A DNA stretch of 64,000 bases from Fimbriosthenelais zetlandica (lineage: Eukaryota), in the NCBI GenBank assembly GCA_977030845.1, contig OZ365118.1:18786001-18850000 (forward strand). Reading direction: 5' to 3'. The translations under genes and the position numbers were made by a program. The notes under the pieces are model-generated. The model was not told where the DNA came from. It did no database searches and worked only from the letters and a program-made list of their open reading frames with translations. This document shows positions 63,517-64,000 of the stretch, one piece after another (position 1 is the first letter of the stretch; each line of letters opens with the position of its first letter).

Positions 63517-64000
63517 TAGATGCCATTGAGGTCTTGTTTCACTTTACAAGCCCCGGGAGGGCAGCAGGATGGGTATCAGATTGAGCTCTTTATCTTAATG
63601 GCCACCCAATACCCATGATTCTACTCCTATCTGCTTCTCCTGCTCCTCCACCACCTTCCATCTCAAAGTCTCTTCAACATCTCAATGGCCACTCCACTTT
63701 CTCACTTCTTTTTTTCTCCTTCGGGGTATATTTTTCCTCTTTTTTGCTAAGGTAGTAAAGGGTTTACACATAGAATTGAAATGTCGGTGGCAGATGCCGG
63801 CAATCTTTCAGCGATGTTCTGCCTTCTTCTTTGATTTAATTGCATCTGTTAATTGCAGGATAAAATCAGGGCCGACTGTTGAGATAATCCCCGGTGAATG
63901 TATACCCTTGTGTTGGCCGAGGAGTGTAGGCCGTATTATGAGAACATTGGAATGCTAGCCTCAACCTGCAGGCGTATCATATGAATAGAACATCGACACT

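Overview
Eukaryotic genomic DNA, apparently from an invertebrate bilaterian: mostly intronic/intergenic sequence, GT-AG introns, CTCF-like motifs, no long ORFs. I found no rRNA, tRNA, CRISPR array or intact transposase/RT. The main feature is a minus-strand gene (gene A) assembled by hand from 16 phase-consistent coding exons (52268 to 21104; about 673 aa, N-terminal exon not found). It encodes a cysteine-rich, probably cell-surface protein with architecture A1-B1-ShKT-A2-B2-linker-hydrophobic C-terminus. From memory, A and B resemble the uncharacterised invertebrate DUF7043/DUF7042-type repeats; this needs an HMM check. Intron positions and phases recur between the two halves, which points to an internal A-B duplication with a symmetric phase 1-1 ShK exon between the copies. 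A small unidentified minus-strand gene (gene C, about 16.9k to 13.1k) starts at an ETS/YY1-rich promoter that appears bidirectional, with splice-like signals on the plus strand. Also present: a second promoter-like motif cluster and a signal-peptide-like orphan exon inside a gene A intron, a 221-bp MITE with a 5-bp target-site duplication, a 17 x 34-bp minisatellite, microsatellites, and candidate CTCF and nuclear-receptor elements. All gene models are manual and have no transcript support.
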